From: Nitrospira sp.
Lineage (GTDB): Bacteria; Nitrospirota; Nitrospiria; Nitrospirales; Nitrospiraceae
DNA: 64,000 bases
Direction of reading: 5' to 3'
NCBI GenBank assembly: GCA_047150005.1
Contig: AP038806.1
Location: 3,648,001 to 3,712,000, forward strand
The notes beneath the pieces are model-generated. The model was not told the DNA's origin. It did not search any database and saw only the letters and a list, made by a program, of their open reading frames with translations. Both the position numbers and the translations under genes were made by a program. This document shows, one piece after another, positions 1 through 10,608 of the stretch; the first letter of the stretch is position 1, and every line of letters starts with the position of its first letter.

Positions 1-271
1 CATCTTCCCCGTTTTCCGGAGAGACCAGCTTGCGGAAGTATTTCTCCCAATCGGAAATGGCGTAATAGGTGAACACCCGCAAGGCTGATTTTCGGTCTCG
101 CACCGCCTGCGGCATCCCGAGTTTTTCGTGCAATTCCGCCTGCGTCAGACCGAGAAACCCGTCTTCGAAATAGGCCGCTGCCGACGCGTGTGTCGGTGCG
201 CACACACCCAGAACCAGCACAAACACGAGGAGAACATACGGTAGGCAGGGATGAGTCCGATGCAGGAGCAA
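1..271 (-). CDS. Partial hypothetical secreted protein (runs off window start)
   Basis: Read manually: TTG at 271 after GGAGA; signal-peptide-like VLLVFVLVLGVCAPTHASA, then AYFEDGFLGLTQAELHEKLG; open to base 1. Confidence 0.55.
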   Translation of the reverse strand, partial: MLLHRTHPCLPYVLLVFVLVLGVCAPTHASAAAYFEDGFLGLTQAELHEKLGMPQAVRDRKSALRVFTYYAISDWEKYFRKLVSPENGED

Positions 272-405
272 AGTTCATCTCCGGCTTTTGTTCATCGTAT
301 CGGCGGTATCCTGTGATGTCAAGCTTGTGTTTTGGTTGCCGGTTTCCCATGTTCTCAGTATGATGACGCCATTCTCGTACTTTCTCTGACAGAGGGCAGG
401 CACAG

Positions 406-3400
406 ATGAGCGACATCGAAACGCTTCTTCGCGGGCGCATTCTCATTCTTGACGGTGCCATGGGGACCATGATCCAGCAACGCAAGCTGGACGAAGCCGC
501 GTTTCGCGGCGAGCGCTTCAAAGATTGGGAAAAGGACCTGAAAGGTCACAATGACCTGCTGAATCTCACACAGCCGGCCCTCGTCGAAGACATCCATCGG
601 CAATACCTCGAGGCCGGAGCGGACATCATCGAAACCAACACCTTCAACTCCCAGGCGATTTCGCTGTCCGATTACCGTATGGACAGCTTGGGATACGAGC
701 TCTCTCGGGCCGGTGCCGTCTGTGCCAAGCGCGCCGTGAAAACTGTTCAATCGGCCGATCCGAAACGGCAGTGTTTCGTCGCGGGCGCGATCGGGCCGAC
801 CACGAAGACGTCGTCCATCTCCACGGATGTCAACAATCCGGCCGCGCGCGGCACGACCTATGAGGAACTCGTTCGCGCCTACGGCGAACAGGTTCGCGGT
901 CTGTTGGACGGAGGAACGGACCTCCTGCTCGTCGAGACCATCTTCGACACGCTTAATGCCAAGGCGGCCTTCTTTGCCATCCAGGAGGTGTTCGCTTCGG
1001 GTGGACGGAGTGTGCCGATCATGGCGTCCGTCACATTCATTCAAGCCGGCAGCAACCGCGGTGTGACCGGTCAAACCGTGGAGGCTTTCTGGAACTCCAT
1101 CTCCCATGTGCCGCTTCTGAGCGTCGGCATCAACTGCGCGCTCGGACCGAAGGAGATGCGGCCGCTCATCGAGGAACTGTCCCGAATCGCTCCGGTCTAT
1201 GTCAGCGCTCATCCGAACGCGGGCTTGCCCAACCCGCTGCTGCCCACCGGTTTTCCGGAGACGCCCGATTCCTTGGCCCCCCAATTGCGGGAATGGGCCA
1301 AGAACGGCTGGCTGAATATCGTCGGCGGCTGTTGCGGAACGACGCCGGCTCACATCAAGCTCATCGCGGAAGCCGTTCGCGGAATTCCGTCCAGAGTGGT
1401 TCCGGAAGTGGAGCCCTATACCAGACTGAGCGGGCTGGAAGCACTCACGCTCCGTCCCGATTCCAATTTTACGAACATCGGCGAGCGCACGAACGTCACG
1501 GGCTCGCCGGCGTTCGCCAAGCTGATCCTCGCGGGCGACTACGAAACCGCCCTGTCCGTGGCGCGCCAGCAAGTGGACGGCGGTGCCCAGATCATCGACA
1601 TCAACATGGACGAGGGCATGCTCGATTCCGTCGCCGCCATGGAAAAGTTTCTTCGGCTGATCGCGTCCGAGCCCGACATCGCGCGCATCCCGATCATGGT
1701 CGACAGCTCCAAATGGGAGGTGCTCGAGACAGGCTTGCGGAATATCCAGGGCAAGGCGGTGGTCAACAGCATCAGCCTGAAGGAGGGCGAGCAGAAGTTC
1801 GTGGACCAGGCGACCTTGGTTCGTCGTTACGGGGCCGCCGTCGTGGTCATGGCGTTCGACGAACGCGGTCAGGCCGACACGCTCGAGCGCAAACAGGAAA
1901 TCTGCGCGCGCTCCTACAAGATCCTGACCGAGCGGGTGGGGTTCCCCCCTCAGGACGTCATCTTCGACCCCAACATCCTGACCGTCGCGACGGGGATCGA
2001 CGAACACAACAATTATGCCGTCAACTTTATCGAAGCGACGCGCTGGATCAAGCAACATCTTCCGGGAGCAAAAGTCAGCGGAGGCATCAGCAACATCTCG
2101 TTTTCATTTCGCGGGAACAACGTCGTGCGAGAAGCCATGCACGCGGCCTTTCTCTACCACGCCGTCAAAGCCGGACTCGATATGGGCATCGTCAATGCCG
2201 GCCAGCTTGCCGTGTATGAAGAAATCCCCAAAGACCTGCTCGAACTGGTGGAGGACGTGCTGCTGAACCGGCGGCCTGACGCCACCGAACGGCTGGTGAG
2301 CTTTGCCGAGACGGTCAAACAGAAGGGCAAGACTGTCGTTCAGGACGACGCCTGGCGCAAGGGCACGGTGGAGGAGCGGCTTTCCCATGCGCTCGTGAAG
2401 GGCATCACGGACTACATTGAACAAGACACGGAGGAGGCGAGACAGAAATACGCCAAGCCGTTGTCCGTGATCGAAGGTCCTCTGATGGACGGAATGAACG
2501 TGGTCGGCGATCTGTTCGGATCCGGCAAGATGTTCCTTCCGCAGGTCGTGAAAAGCGCCCGCGTGATGAAAAAGGCGGTCGCCTACCTGATGCCCTTCAT
2601 GGAGGAGGAGAAGAAACGGCTGGGCGACTATCGGTCGCAGGGGAAAGTTCTGCTCGCCACCGTCAAGGGAGACGTGCACGATATCGGCAAGAACATCGTC
2701 GGGGTCGTGCTCGGGTGCAACAACTACGAGGTCATCGATCTCGGGGTGATGGTACCATGCGAAAAGATTCTGGCCACGGCCAAGGACCGCAAAGTCGATG
2801 TCATCGGATTGAGCGGCTTGATCACGCCGTCCCTCGACGAGATGGTTCACGTCGCCAAGGAAATGACCCGCGAAGGTTTTGATCTGCCGTTGCTCATCGG
2901 AGGAGCCACGACCAGCAAGGCCCACACGGCGGTCAAGATCGCCCCTTCCTATACCCCATCGGTCGTGCACGTGCTGGACGCCTCCAGAGCCGTGGGCGTG
3001 ATGGGCAATCTCATGGGAAACCAGCGTCCCGCGTTCGTCCAGCAGGTCCGGGACGACTACGAGCGGGTCCGCCAAGCCCATCAGGAACGTGGAGCCCGGC
3101 CGCTGGTCTCCCTGGATGCGGCGCGGAAGAACCGACTGGACTCGGAGTGGACATCCCTCGATGTGCCGGAACCATCCTTTCTCGGCACCAGAGAGATCCG
3201 GGAACTGGGCCTCGGAGAACTGGTCCCGTACATCGACTGGACGCCCTTTTTCCATACATGGGAGCTCAGGGGCCGCTATCCGGCGATCTTCGACGACCCC
3301 ACCGTGGGTAACAAAGCCAAGGAACTCTTCGACGACGCGCGAAGGCTGTTGGAAGAAATCATCCGGCGCCGTTTATTGACCGCCAACGCCGTCTACGGCT

Positions 3401-4083
3401 TCTTCGCCTCCGCGTCGGTGGGCGATGACATCGTGCTCTTCACCGATCGGTCCGGCGCGCAGACGTTGACGACATTCCACACGTTGCGCCAGCAATCCGA
3501 GAAACCACCGGGTCAGGCCAATCTGGCTCTGGCCGATTTCGTCGCGCCTCAGAGCTCCGGCAGGGCCGATTTTATCGGCGCCTTTGCGGTCACGGCCGGT
3601 ATCGGCACCGACGAGCTCTGTCGCCGGTTCGAGAACGACCACGACGACTACAATTCCATCATGGCCAAAGCGCTGGCGGACCGGCTGGCCGAAGCCTTTG
3701 CCGAATATCTCCATCAACGGGTGCGGGGAGAATGGGGGTACGGGCTGGGGGAGCGGCTGACGAACGAGGAACTCATTAAAGAGCGTTATCGAGGAATCCG
3801 CCCGGCCCCCGGGTATCCCGCCTGTCCGGACCACACGGAAAAGGAGTCGCTGTTCCAGCTGCTGGACGTTGAACGCCGTACGGGCATCCGCCTGACGGAA
3901 AGCTTTGCGATGTTGCCGGCTGCGTCGGTCAGCGGCTTGTACTTCGCCCATCCGCAGGCGAAATATTTCGCGGTCGGGAAGCTGGGAAAGGATCAAATCG
4001 AGGATTATGCCCGCCGGAAGGGGATGTCGCTTGCCGTGGCGGAGCGCTGGCTGGCGCCGAACCTGAACTACGAACCAACCTAG
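406..4083 (+). CDS. metH: Cobalamin-dependent methionine synthase
   Basis: 1225 aa; LDGAMGT, GGCCGT, IGERTN, cobalamin-binding DVHDIGKN, C-terminal [12 protein letters not shown]. Confidence 0.98.
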   Translation: MSDIETLLRGRILILDGAMGTMIQQRKLDEAAFRGERFKDWEKDLKGHNDLLNLTQPALVEDIHRQYLEAGADIIETNTFNSQAISLSDYRMDSLGYELSRAGAVCAKRAVKTVQSADPKRQCFVAGAIGPTTKTSSISTDVNNPAARGTTYEELVRAYGEQVRGLLDGGTDLLLVETIFDTLNAKAAFFAIQEVFASGGRSVPIMASVTFIQAGSNRGVTGQTVEAFWNSISHVPLLSVGINCALGPKEMRPLIEELSRIAPVYVSAHPNAGLPNPLLPTGFPETPDSLAPQLREWAKNGWLNIVGGCCGTTPAHIKLIAEAVRGIPSRVVPEVEPYTRLSGLEALTLRPDSNFTNIGERTNVTGSPAFAKLILAGDYETALSVARQQVDGGAQIIDINMDEGMLDSVAAMEKFLRLIASEPDIARIPIMVDSSKWEVLETGLRNIQGKAVVNSISLKEGEQKFVDQATLVRRYGAAVVVMAFDERGQADTLERKQEICARSYKILTERVGFPPQDVIFDPNILTVATGIDEHNNYAVNFIEATRWIKQHLPGAKVSGGISNISFSFRGNNVVREAMHAAFLYHAVKAGLDMGIVNAGQLAVYEEIPKDLLELVEDVLLNRRPDATERLVSFAETVKQKGKTVVQDDAWRKGTVEERLSHALVKGITDYIEQDTEEARQKYAKPLSVIEGPLMDGMNVVGDLFGSGKMFLPQVVKSARVMKKAVAYLMPFMEEEKKRLGDYRSQGKVLLATVKGDVHDIGKNIVGVVLGCNNYEVIDLGVMVPCEKILATAKDRKVDVIGLSGLITPSLDEMVHVAKEMTREGFDLPLLIGGATTSKAHTAVKIAPSYTPSVVHVLDASRAVGVMGNLMGNQRPAFVQQVRDDYERVRQAHQERGARPLVSLDAARKNRLDSEWTSLDVPEPSFLGTREIRELGLGELVPYIDWTPFFHTWELRGRYPAIFDDPTVGNKAKELFDDARRLLEEIIRRRLLTANAVYGFFASASVGDDIVLFTDRSGAQTLTTFHTLRQQSEKPPGQANLALADFVAPQSSGRADFIGAFAVTAGIGTDELCRRFENDHDDYNSIMAKALADRLAEAFAEYLHQRVRGEWGYGLGERLTNEELIKERYRGIRPAPGYPACPDHTEKESLFQLLDVERRTGIRLTESFAMLPAASVSGLYFAHPQAKYFAVGKLGKDQIEDYARRKGMSLAVAERWLAPNLNYEPT

Positions 4084-4089
4084 AATCGG

Positions 4090-4599
4090 TCAGGAGACTT
4101 CCGCCAGGAGGGAATGCCGGAGTGGCTTTCCCGCAGCGGAGGTCAACGCGGCCTTCACCGCTCGGTAGCGTTCCTCAGCCCACCGGTTGAACTCCTCCGA
4201 ATCAGCGAAGACGAGATCCCACGCCTTGACCGCATCGACCATCAGCAGCTGATGAGAATGATGGTCGGTCGGAAAATACACAACAAGCACGGCGGACTTG
4301 CCGGTCAGGCTGACGTCGGTGAACACATGCAGCTGCCCACCGTGGGGAAGCGCCACATCGCGCGAAGCGGCTTCGACCAGAGGGTGATACATGCGACGCA
4401 GGAATTCCACGGTCACCTCGAAGGCGTTGCCGGTACCCAGGAGACGTGGATTCGGCTTTTCGCCGAAGAGATGCTCGGTCAGGTATGTCGCGGCTTCCCA
4501 GGTCGGCAGGGAGCCGGACGTGACGAGCGCTTCACAGAGGTACGCGATCCAGTTTCTGGTGATTCCCGGTTTCTTCGTCGGTGCAGACTTTTTTGGCAT
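4090..4599 (-). CDS. Hypothetical protein
   Basis: Part of ORF 4090..4719; start chosen at MPKKSAP; convergent with metH. Confidence 0.6.
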   Translation of the reverse strand: MPKKSAPTKKPGITRNWIAYLCEALVTSGSLPTWEAATYLTEHLFGEKPNPRLLGTGNAFEVTVEFLRRMYHPLVEAASRDVALPHGGQLHVFTDVSLTGKSAVLVVYFPTDHHSHQLLMVDAVKAWDLVFADSEEFNRWAEERYRAVKAALTSAAGKPLRHSLLAEVS

Positions 4600-4746
4600 G
4601 GAAGCCGATCCTTTCCAGATTGACCGGAGCCGTCGGAATGCACGCCGACTCGGCGATGCGGCAGCGAGCGTTTCGAGCGCAATGAAATGGAGTATATCGA
4701 CGAGGGAAAATACGGTCAACGAATTGGCGAAAACGACGCGATGCGG

Positions 4747-5889
4747 TCAGGATTCGCGGATGGAACCGAGCGGCGCCTTGTCGGCATACTGTTCGTAGAT
4801 GCGCCTGATGTCGCCGAGGGAAGCCAGAAACACGTCGAGGAGTTCCGGATCGAAATGCAGGCCGCGCTTCTTGACCATGAGTTCCACCGCATGGTCGAAC
4901 TCGAACGCGGGTTTGTAGACGCGCGCCGTCGTGAGAGCGTCGAATGCATCCGCGATGGCGACGATGCGACCCTCGATGGGAATCTCTTCTCCCTTCAACC
5001 CTCGCGGGTAGCCGGTGCCGTCCCATCGTTCATGATGCGTCAGGGCAATGGTCGCGGCCACGTTGAGGATCTCGGCCTCTGAGCCGGCGAGTATCCGGTA
5101 TCCGATTTCGGCGTGCTGGGCCATGACGTACAACTCATCCTGCGTGAATTTCCCGGGCTTCAGGAGAACATGGTCCGGAGTGCCGATCTTCCCGATGTCG
5201 TGCATGGGACTGGCCGTCCGGATCAGCTCGCACCGCTCATTGGGGAGTCCATAGCGCCGGGCGAGCAGCTCGGAGTACCGGCTCATTCGGTGAATGTGCT
5301 GGGCCGTCGACCCATCCCGGTATTCCGCCGCGATGGCCAGCCGTTGAATGGTTTCTTCCCGCGAAAGTCGGAGTTCCTTTTCGCTCCGCTCGAGCCATTC
5401 CAGCGCCTGTTGAAGCGCCATCGTCCTGGTTCTGACGATGTCCTCCAGATTGTCCCGGTGAAGCTTGTTCTCGATTTCCAGCCGACGCCGGCGAAGCGCG
5501 TTCGTGACGTTGATCAGCACTTCATTGGACTCGAACGGCTTGACGACGTAGCCGAATGCGCCCATGTCCAGCGCCGCATTGGCCAGCACGGCGCTGTCGA
5601 GACCGGTGACCATGATCGCGGCGGTGTGAGGATACTCGGCCAGAATACTCCTGACGAGATCCATGCCCGATTCGCCGGGCATGTTCACGTCGCAGAGCAC
5701 CAGCGCGAACGGATGCTCCTCCAGATGTTGACGGGCATCCTTCGCATCGGCGGCGAGAACCGCTTCGTATCCGTGTGACTGCAGCATGTAGCCCAACAGG
5801 CGTCTGATCGGCTCTTCGTCGTCGACGATCAGCAGGCGCTTCAGGTCGAGGGTGGACTGTCGGCTTGCTGCATCCTGAAGGAACGTCAT
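4747..5889 (-). CDS. Response regulator with HD-GYP c-di-GMP phosphodiesterase domain (RpfG-like)
   Basis: REC (LIVDDE, CDVNMP, KPF) plus HDIGK and HHERWDGTGYP. Confidence 0.93.
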   Translation of the reverse strand: MTFLQDAASRQSTLDLKRLLIVDDEEPIRRLLGYMLQSHGYEAVLAADAKDARQHLEEHPFALVLCDVNMPGESGMDLVRSILAEYPHTAAIMVTGLDSAVLANAALDMGAFGYVVKPFESNEVLINVTNALRRRRLEIENKLHRDNLEDIVRTRTMALQQALEWLERSEKELRLSREETIQRLAIAAEYRDGSTAQHIHRMSRYSELLARRYGLPNERCELIRTASPMHDIGKIGTPDHVLLKPGKFTQDELYVMAQHAEIGYRILAGSEAEILNVAATIALTHHERWDGTGYPRGLKGEEIPIEGRIVAIADAFDALTTARVYKPAFEFDHAVELMVKKRGLHFDPELLDVFLASLGDIRRIYEQYADKAPLGSIRES

Positions 5890-6245
5890 AACTCGTGTGG
5901 GCGGCGCGGGCCGTCCGCAGCCCGCATCGAAGCGGTTTTACATGGATGTTGCGGCATTATCATGTTGCTCGGAAACTCTAAGACGAGCGCACCTTTTGTG
6001 CCACTCTTTTTGTGTTTTAAGCATCGAGGCTCGCTGTTTGAGCCGCAAAACGAGTCCGTAGGATCCGCACTTAGGCGTCCTTCCCCGTCCAAAGACGCTC
6101 TGCGTAAACGTCTTCAGGCGGTGCGAGCCGAGTGATCGTAAGAGACCGGAACGGACGGCTGCGCGAAGCTTGCACTCTTGTACGGCCGTAACGCTCGCCA
6201 CGCCTGGTCCGTCGCGCGCGAGGCGTCGATCCGCGCGGCGTTTCA

Positions 6246-6274
6246 TTGCGCTTTGGACGGTCCTTCACTATAAT
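6246..6274 (+). promoter_or_regulatory. Sigma70-type promoter of rph-rdgB-(tRNA-Pro)
   Basis: TTGCGC-17 bp-TATAAT, ~37 bp upstream of the rph ATG. Confidence 0.6.
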
Positions 6275-6310
6275 GCGCTCAATCGTACACCAGAGGAGAA
6301 GCTCATTGCC

Positions 6311-7054
6311 ATGAACGGTTCCGGAGGAGTTCTACGTGCCGATGGACGCAGAAAAGACCAGCTTCGTCCGATCAAAATCACACGAAATTTCATCAAGCAT
6401 GCCGAAGGGTCCGTCTTGATCGAAATGGGCGACACGAAAGTCGTCTGCACCGCGTCAGTCGAGGAAAAGGTCCCTCCTTTTCTCAAGGGAAAGGGGACGG
6501 GATGGGTGACGGCGGAATACAGCATGCTCCCGCGCTCCACGCACGAACGGTCGCCTCGCGAAGCCGTCAAAGGCAAGCAAGGCGGTCGAACATTGGAGAT
6601 CCAGCGCCTCGTGGGACGTGCCCTGCGCGCCGTCACCGGCATGGATCAAATGGGCGAACGGTCGATCTGGATCGACTGCGATGTCATCCAGGCAGACGGC
6701 GGGACAAGAACCGCGTCCATTACGGGAGCGTTCATCGCGTTGGCCGATGCGTTCACCACGCTGAAGACGAAGGGCTTGATCAAGAAGCGGCCGTTGACCG
6801 ATTACCTGGCCGCCGTTAGCGTGGGAAAGGTCAGAGGAGAGATTCTCGTCGATCTCGCTTACGTCGAGGATTCGGTTGCGGAGGTCGACATGAATCTTGT
6901 CATGACCTCAAAGGGCCAGTTCGTCGAAATTCAGGGGACGGCGGAGCGGACTCCCTTCGCCAAGCAGGACATGGACGGATTTCTGGCTCAGGGATGGTCG
7001 GCGATTCAGACGCTCACGAATCTGCAAAAGGATCTCGTGGGAGCCCTGGATTGA
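6311..7054 (+). CDS. rph: Ribonuclease PH
   Basis: [44 protein letters not shown]. Confidence 0.97.
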   Translation: MNGSGGVLRADGRRKDQLRPIKITRNFIKHAEGSVLIEMGDTKVVCTASVEEKVPPFLKGKGTGWVTAEYSMLPRSTHERSPREAVKGKQGGRTLEIQRLVGRALRAVTGMDQMGERSIWIDCDVIQADGGTRTASITGAFIALADAFTTLKTKGLIKKRPLTDYLAAVSVGKVRGEILVDLAYVEDSVAEVDMNLVMTSKGQFVEIQGTAERTPFAKQDMDGFLAQGWSAIQTLTNLQKDLVGALD

Positions 7055-7056
7055 CC

Positions 7057-7689
7057 ATGGCCGGCATGATCACCGAGCTTGTGCTCGCCACTCGGAACCG
7101 CCACAAAGGGGAGGAACTCACCGCCCTCTTGAGCAACCTCGGGATCCGCGTCCGGACATTGGCCGAATTTCCCAATGCACCGGAGGTCACGGAAGACGGC
7201 GACACCTGCGAAGCGAACGCGGTGAAAAAGGCCCGAACCATCGCGGACGTCACCGGACTCCCCGCCGTGGCCGACGATACCGGCCTGGAAGTCGATGCAC
7301 TGGGCGGACGGCCCGGAGTTTTTGCAGCTCGCTATGCGGGCGAGCACGTGTCCTACGAGGACAATTGGCGCAAGTTATTGAACGAACTTGCCGGGGTTCC
7401 GAGGAAACGACGGCAAGCGCGTTTTCTCACGGTTGCGGCCCTGGCTCTGCCGGGCGGCGGCATAGAGGTGGCGCAAGGAACCCTGGAGGGGGTAATCACG
7501 GACGAGCCGGCCGGGACCGGCGGGTTCGGCTATGATCCGGTATTTCACGTCCCGGAACTCGGCAAGACGTTGGCCGAGCTTTCGGCGGAGCAGAAGAATC
7601 GTATCAGTCATCGCGCGAAGGCCTTTGCTGAGATACGCGCGATGTTGCTGAGCAAGTTTGAATTGTCACAAGCTGTCCGATCTCCTTAG
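7057..7689 (+). CDS. rdgB: dITP/XTP pyrophosphatase (Ham1 family)
   Basis: LATRNRHK, ADDTGLEVDAL, GFGYDPVF, SHR; directly after rph. Confidence 0.95.
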   Translation: MAGMITELVLATRNRHKGEELTALLSNLGIRVRTLAEFPNAPEVTEDGDTCEANAVKKARTIADVTGLPAVADDTGLEVDALGGRPGVFAARYAGEHVSYEDNWRKLLNELAGVPRKRRQARFLTVAALALPGGGIEVAQGTLEGVITDEPAGTGGFGYDPVFHVPELGKTLAELSAEQKNRISHRAKAFAEIRAMLLSKFELSQAVRSP

Positions 7690-7809
7690 ATGCTCAACAC
7701 GGCCTCCAACAAGGCCGCAGGGAGCGAGATCGCCGAAGCGTACTGTGGGGTGGTACGTTGAGGCGAATGAGCGACCGAGAACGACGTTGAAGGGCGTTTT
7801 CAGCATCTA
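7687..7809. repeat. MITE/REP-like intergenic element with 14-bp imperfect terminal inverted repeats
   Basis: TAGATGCTCAACAC (7687-7700) vs GTTTTCAGCATCTA (7796-7809), 12/14 complementary. Confidence 0.6.
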
Positions 7810-7814
7810 GAAAA

Positions 7815-7858
7815 GTCGGGGCGTAGCGCAGCCTGGTAGCGCGCCTGCTTTGGGAGCA
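7815..7858 (+). repeat. attL: 5' half of tRNA-Pro(TGG), truncated after the anticodon arm
   Basis: 43/44 identical to 40280-40323 (T7834 vs C40299); no T-arm or CCA follows. Confidence 0.93.
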
Positions 7859-7864
7859 ACGAGG

Positions 7865-7904
7865 AAGGGATTGGCCAAGTCATTGATGACATGGCCAATC
7901 CCCT
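7865..7904. terminator. Strong hairpin just inside attL
   Basis: AAGGGATTGGCCA/TGGCCAATCCCTT 13-bp arms plus inner GTCA/TGAC. Confidence 0.5.
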
Positions 7905-7988
7905 TGTCAATTCTGGCGATTCGCATTTTCCTTCATTCATCTCTCTTTGTCTCTTTTTGTCGGAAATCCGACCCATTTGTCCGGATTT

Positions 7989-8011
7989 TTAACACTGTAA
8001 TAACACTTGAT
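7989..8011 (+). repeat. Putative integrase arm-type sites (left end)
   Basis: TTAACACTGTAATAACACTTGAT, 21/23 identical to 40212-40234; tandem TAACAC. Confidence 0.7.
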
Positions 8012-8042
8012 CGGGCTGGCGGTTTTTAACGAAGAGACGGGG

Positions 8043-8537
8043 TTACGGGACCATCTTTCGCACATCTTTGAGGAGCATAAAGAGATGCAGTGGATCGGTC
8101 GGTGATGGGAGGAAATCGAACCGCTCGTAGAATTTTCTCGCGGCCTCATCTTTGGCATGGACCACCAAGGCTCGAATTCCTGCAATGTCGGCAGCCTGCA
8201 AAGTCCGGAGCATCGCATCTTTCAATAATCCCGCACCGACCCCTTGTTTCTGCCAGCGGCGATCGACGGCTAACCTGGCCAGCAGCATGACGGGAATGGA
8301 ATGCTTAGCCAGCCCCTTCTTTACTCGCTCTGGGGCATGATCTTGCTCTACTGACCCTACAGCGAGAGCGTAGTAGCCGATAACCGTTTCATCGGTCAAC
8401 CCGACATAGGTCTGCGACCCTCCGCTGTGTTGATTCTGCAGCGCATGCTTTTGGAGAAAGCGATTGAGAGCTTCCTGTCCACAGTCGAATGCTTCAACAG
8501 CGTGATGCGGTTGAAGCTTTTCGATGCGCCTCGTCAA
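8043..8537 (-). CDS. GNAT acetyltransferase toxin (TacT/AtaT type)
   Basis: FDCG..ALNRFL, LARLAVD..QKQGVG, FYERFDF; overlaps antitoxin stop. Confidence 0.9.
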   Translation of the reverse strand: MTRRIEKLQPHHAVEAFDCGQEALNRFLQKHALQNQHSGGSQTYVGLTDETVIGYYALAVGSVEQDHAPERVKKGLAKHSIPVMLLARLAVDRRWQKQGVGAGLLKDAMLRTLQAADIAGIRALVVHAKDEAARKFYERFDFLPSPTDPLHLFMLLKDVRKMVP

Positions 8538-8842
8538 CGCTTTTCTTGAGCGCTTGGTGTCGGCGTAGCGTCAAAGAAGCCTGGTTCCGTTAGGAGACGC
8601 TGCATCCGAGGGAGGGGTCGAGTCGGAGCATCCAGTGCGGCTAAGAACTCAGTCCACTTGGCCTTGCTCAAAGGAAACGTTCGGCGATCGGCCAAGGCTT
8701 CATCTGCTCGAGCCAGTGCGCTTTCAAGGACAAATGCGCTTACTGTACGATTAGAGACAGAGGCAGCAGCCTCCAGTGTTCGCTTGGTTGAGGAGCTTAC
8801 CCGAAGATCCAATTTTTCAGTCCGAAGAGTGCGGGCTGGCAT
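8534..8842 (-). CDS. DUF1778 ribbon-helix-helix antitoxin (TacA/AtaR type)
   Basis: EKLDLRV..K..LEAAA..RTVSAFVLESAL; upstream of GNAT. Confidence 0.9.
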   Translation of the reverse strand: MPARTLRTEKLDLRVSSSTKRTLEAAASVSNRTVSAFVLESALARADEALADRRTFPLSKAKWTEFLAALDAPTRPLPRMQRLLTEPGFFDATPTPSAQEKR

Positions 8843-8863
8843 AGGTCACCTGTGTTGTTCCTA

Positions 8864-8896
8864 AAGATATCCTAGCAATCATGTTATGTCAAGACA
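8864..8896 (-). promoter_or_regulatory. TA operon promoter with palindrome over -35
   Basis: Minus-strand TTGACA-17 bp-TATCTT; TGTC-AA-GACA at 8887-8896. Confidence 0.65.
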
Positions 8897-9006
8897 ATGT
8901 GATGACGTTAATGTGTAGTTATTACAGTAACCTATGAAAATTATTGCTTTAGACATGCAATTAAGATGGTCCGTTACATTGCGCCTAAGTATGGTCTTCT
9001 ATTTTC

Positions 9007-10443
9007 TTGAAGAATGAAATAGAAAATGTCAGAAGCCTGCTAGACCCACCACGAGGTGCGGTCACCGTGGCTGAAGAGCAGATTCCAAACAGACAGCCTC
9101 TTCTTGCTCGATCGCTTGAAGAACTCAAGCCCCTACATCAGTTCTGTCGCGAGGGGCGCCTCGATGAAGTGGAGAGTTGGATTTCCGAAGGCCGTCCGCT
9201 TCAAATTGATCCTGCCGCAATCGCGAAGGGTACCCGACCAAAAACAGCGTTACAGATAGCTATCGAGACAGGGCAACACTCTCTCACTAGGCTGCTGTTG
9301 AGCAAAGGCTATCAACTAGCACTTGAGAGGTACCGTCCGCTTGATATGGCTCTGGAGGCGAGACGTTGGGACCTTTTCGATCTTTTGCTTGAGTGGGGAG
9401 CAGACCTAAAAAGCGTTGCTGTTTATACGGTGCTAAGCACCTACAACACGGAACTCTATGAACGTTTTAGGGCTGCAGGGTACGACTTGACGGAACGCCA
9501 TGAAATGGCATCGATCTTGGGTCGCGGGACATCCAACCGCCCGCTCTTAGGATTTGCGAAACGGTATCGTGCAGAGGATCCGAAGATTCAAAGGGAATTG
9601 AATCTCGCTATCCGCTATCAGGTTCGCGAAGGGAGTGAAAAGGGCGTAGCTCTCTGCCTCTGGGCAGGAGCAGATCAGCATACGCCGGCTTCTGATGCCT
9701 CAGATGAATCTGATACAGATAATGGAGAGGAGCCAAGCGGGTGGTCGGCGATAGAAGAGGCAGCGAGCGAAGGCAACCTGTCCCTTCTCCAGCGACTTGG
9801 TCCTGATCCTTCCCGTGACAATTTTGATGACCTGTACCGATATGCGAAGTATGGATCAATCATTTCTTTCCTTTCAAGCGTTCAGTTGCCAAAGGACTTT
9901 ACTTCAATCCTCAATTCTCAGCTCTGGTGGGTGGCGAATCCATTGCCATTCGGTAGCCCAAGGGGAATGGGAACGATCGAAGCTCTTCTTGCCTGCAAAG
10001 TGCGATGGGAAGAAGTCGATCCCCAACGACTCGCTGACATTCGGCGGTCCCTGCTAAAACTGCGCGATTACGATCTTAGAACAATCATGACACGTCTTAA
10101 GCGACCGGATGTCTGTGCGCCTGAGACTTACCATGAGCTCATACGGACGCCGAGTATACAAGCTAGGTTGCTGGCACTTGGCCTCTGGAAGAAACCTATC
10201 AGCGAGAAAGACCGCCGCAGGGACGAACTGGAAAGACTCATGAGGCATTATGATAGAGCGGTGCTCTATGAACAGGTTTGGCTACGACCTGTCCACGAGG
10301 TAGCCAAGTCGTATGGCATTTCTGGTGTCAGACTAGGGAAGGTTTGTAGAAAGCTGATGGTACCAGTCCCCCCGCGTGGTTATTGGGCGCGTGTCCAGAA
10401 TGGCTACAAACTGAAGAAACCATCTTTGCCAAAGTGTAGTTGA
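9007..10443 (+). CDS. Ankyrin-repeat-like protein with C-terminal HTH
   Basis: TALQIAIETGQ..LLLSKG, PLDMALE..LLLEWGAD; C-terminal LYEQVW..VAKSYGISGVRLGKVC..PPRGYW; start uncertain. Confidence 0.7.
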   Translation: MKNEIENVRSLLDPPRGAVTVAEEQIPNRQPLLARSLEELKPLHQFCREGRLDEVESWISEGRPLQIDPAAIAKGTRPKTALQIAIETGQHSLTRLLLSKGYQLALERYRPLDMALEARRWDLFDLLLEWGADLKSVAVYTVLSTYNTELYERFRAAGYDLTERHEMASILGRGTSNRPLLGFAKRYRAEDPKIQRELNLAIRYQVREGSEKGVALCLWAGADQHTPASDASDESDTDNGEEPSGWSAIEEAASEGNLSLLQRLGPDPSRDNFDDLYRYAKYGSIISFLSSVQLPKDFTSILNSQLWWVANPLPFGSPRGMGTIEALLACKVRWEEVDPQRLADIRRSLLKLRDYDLRTIMTRLKRPDVCAPETYHELIRTPSIQARLLALGLWKKPISEKDRRRDELERLMRHYDRAVLYEQVWLRPVHEVAKSYGISGVRLGKVCRKLMVPVPPRGYWARVQNGYKLKKPSLPKCS

Positions 10444-10608
10444 GCGTCATAGGTTTTTACTGCATTGGAGCACTGCTTGCAAATCCTGCGGTGACTTTGA
10501 AGTTCATGATCGGGGCTTCCTAAGATCCAAGAGTATCCCGCTAACCTGTGGTGGATGACATCTCTCTTTGACGGGGAGCAAACGGTGGAAGAACCTGTTA
10601 CAAGTACG

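Noticed and set aside
355..2058. 567-aa minus-strand ORF (and similar long antisense ORFs over lon, the radical SAM gene and DUF748)
   Set aside because: Shadow frames of real GC-rich genes; no motifs
7817..7858. Second functional tRNA-Pro
   Set aside because: Ends after the anticodon arm; it is the att remnant
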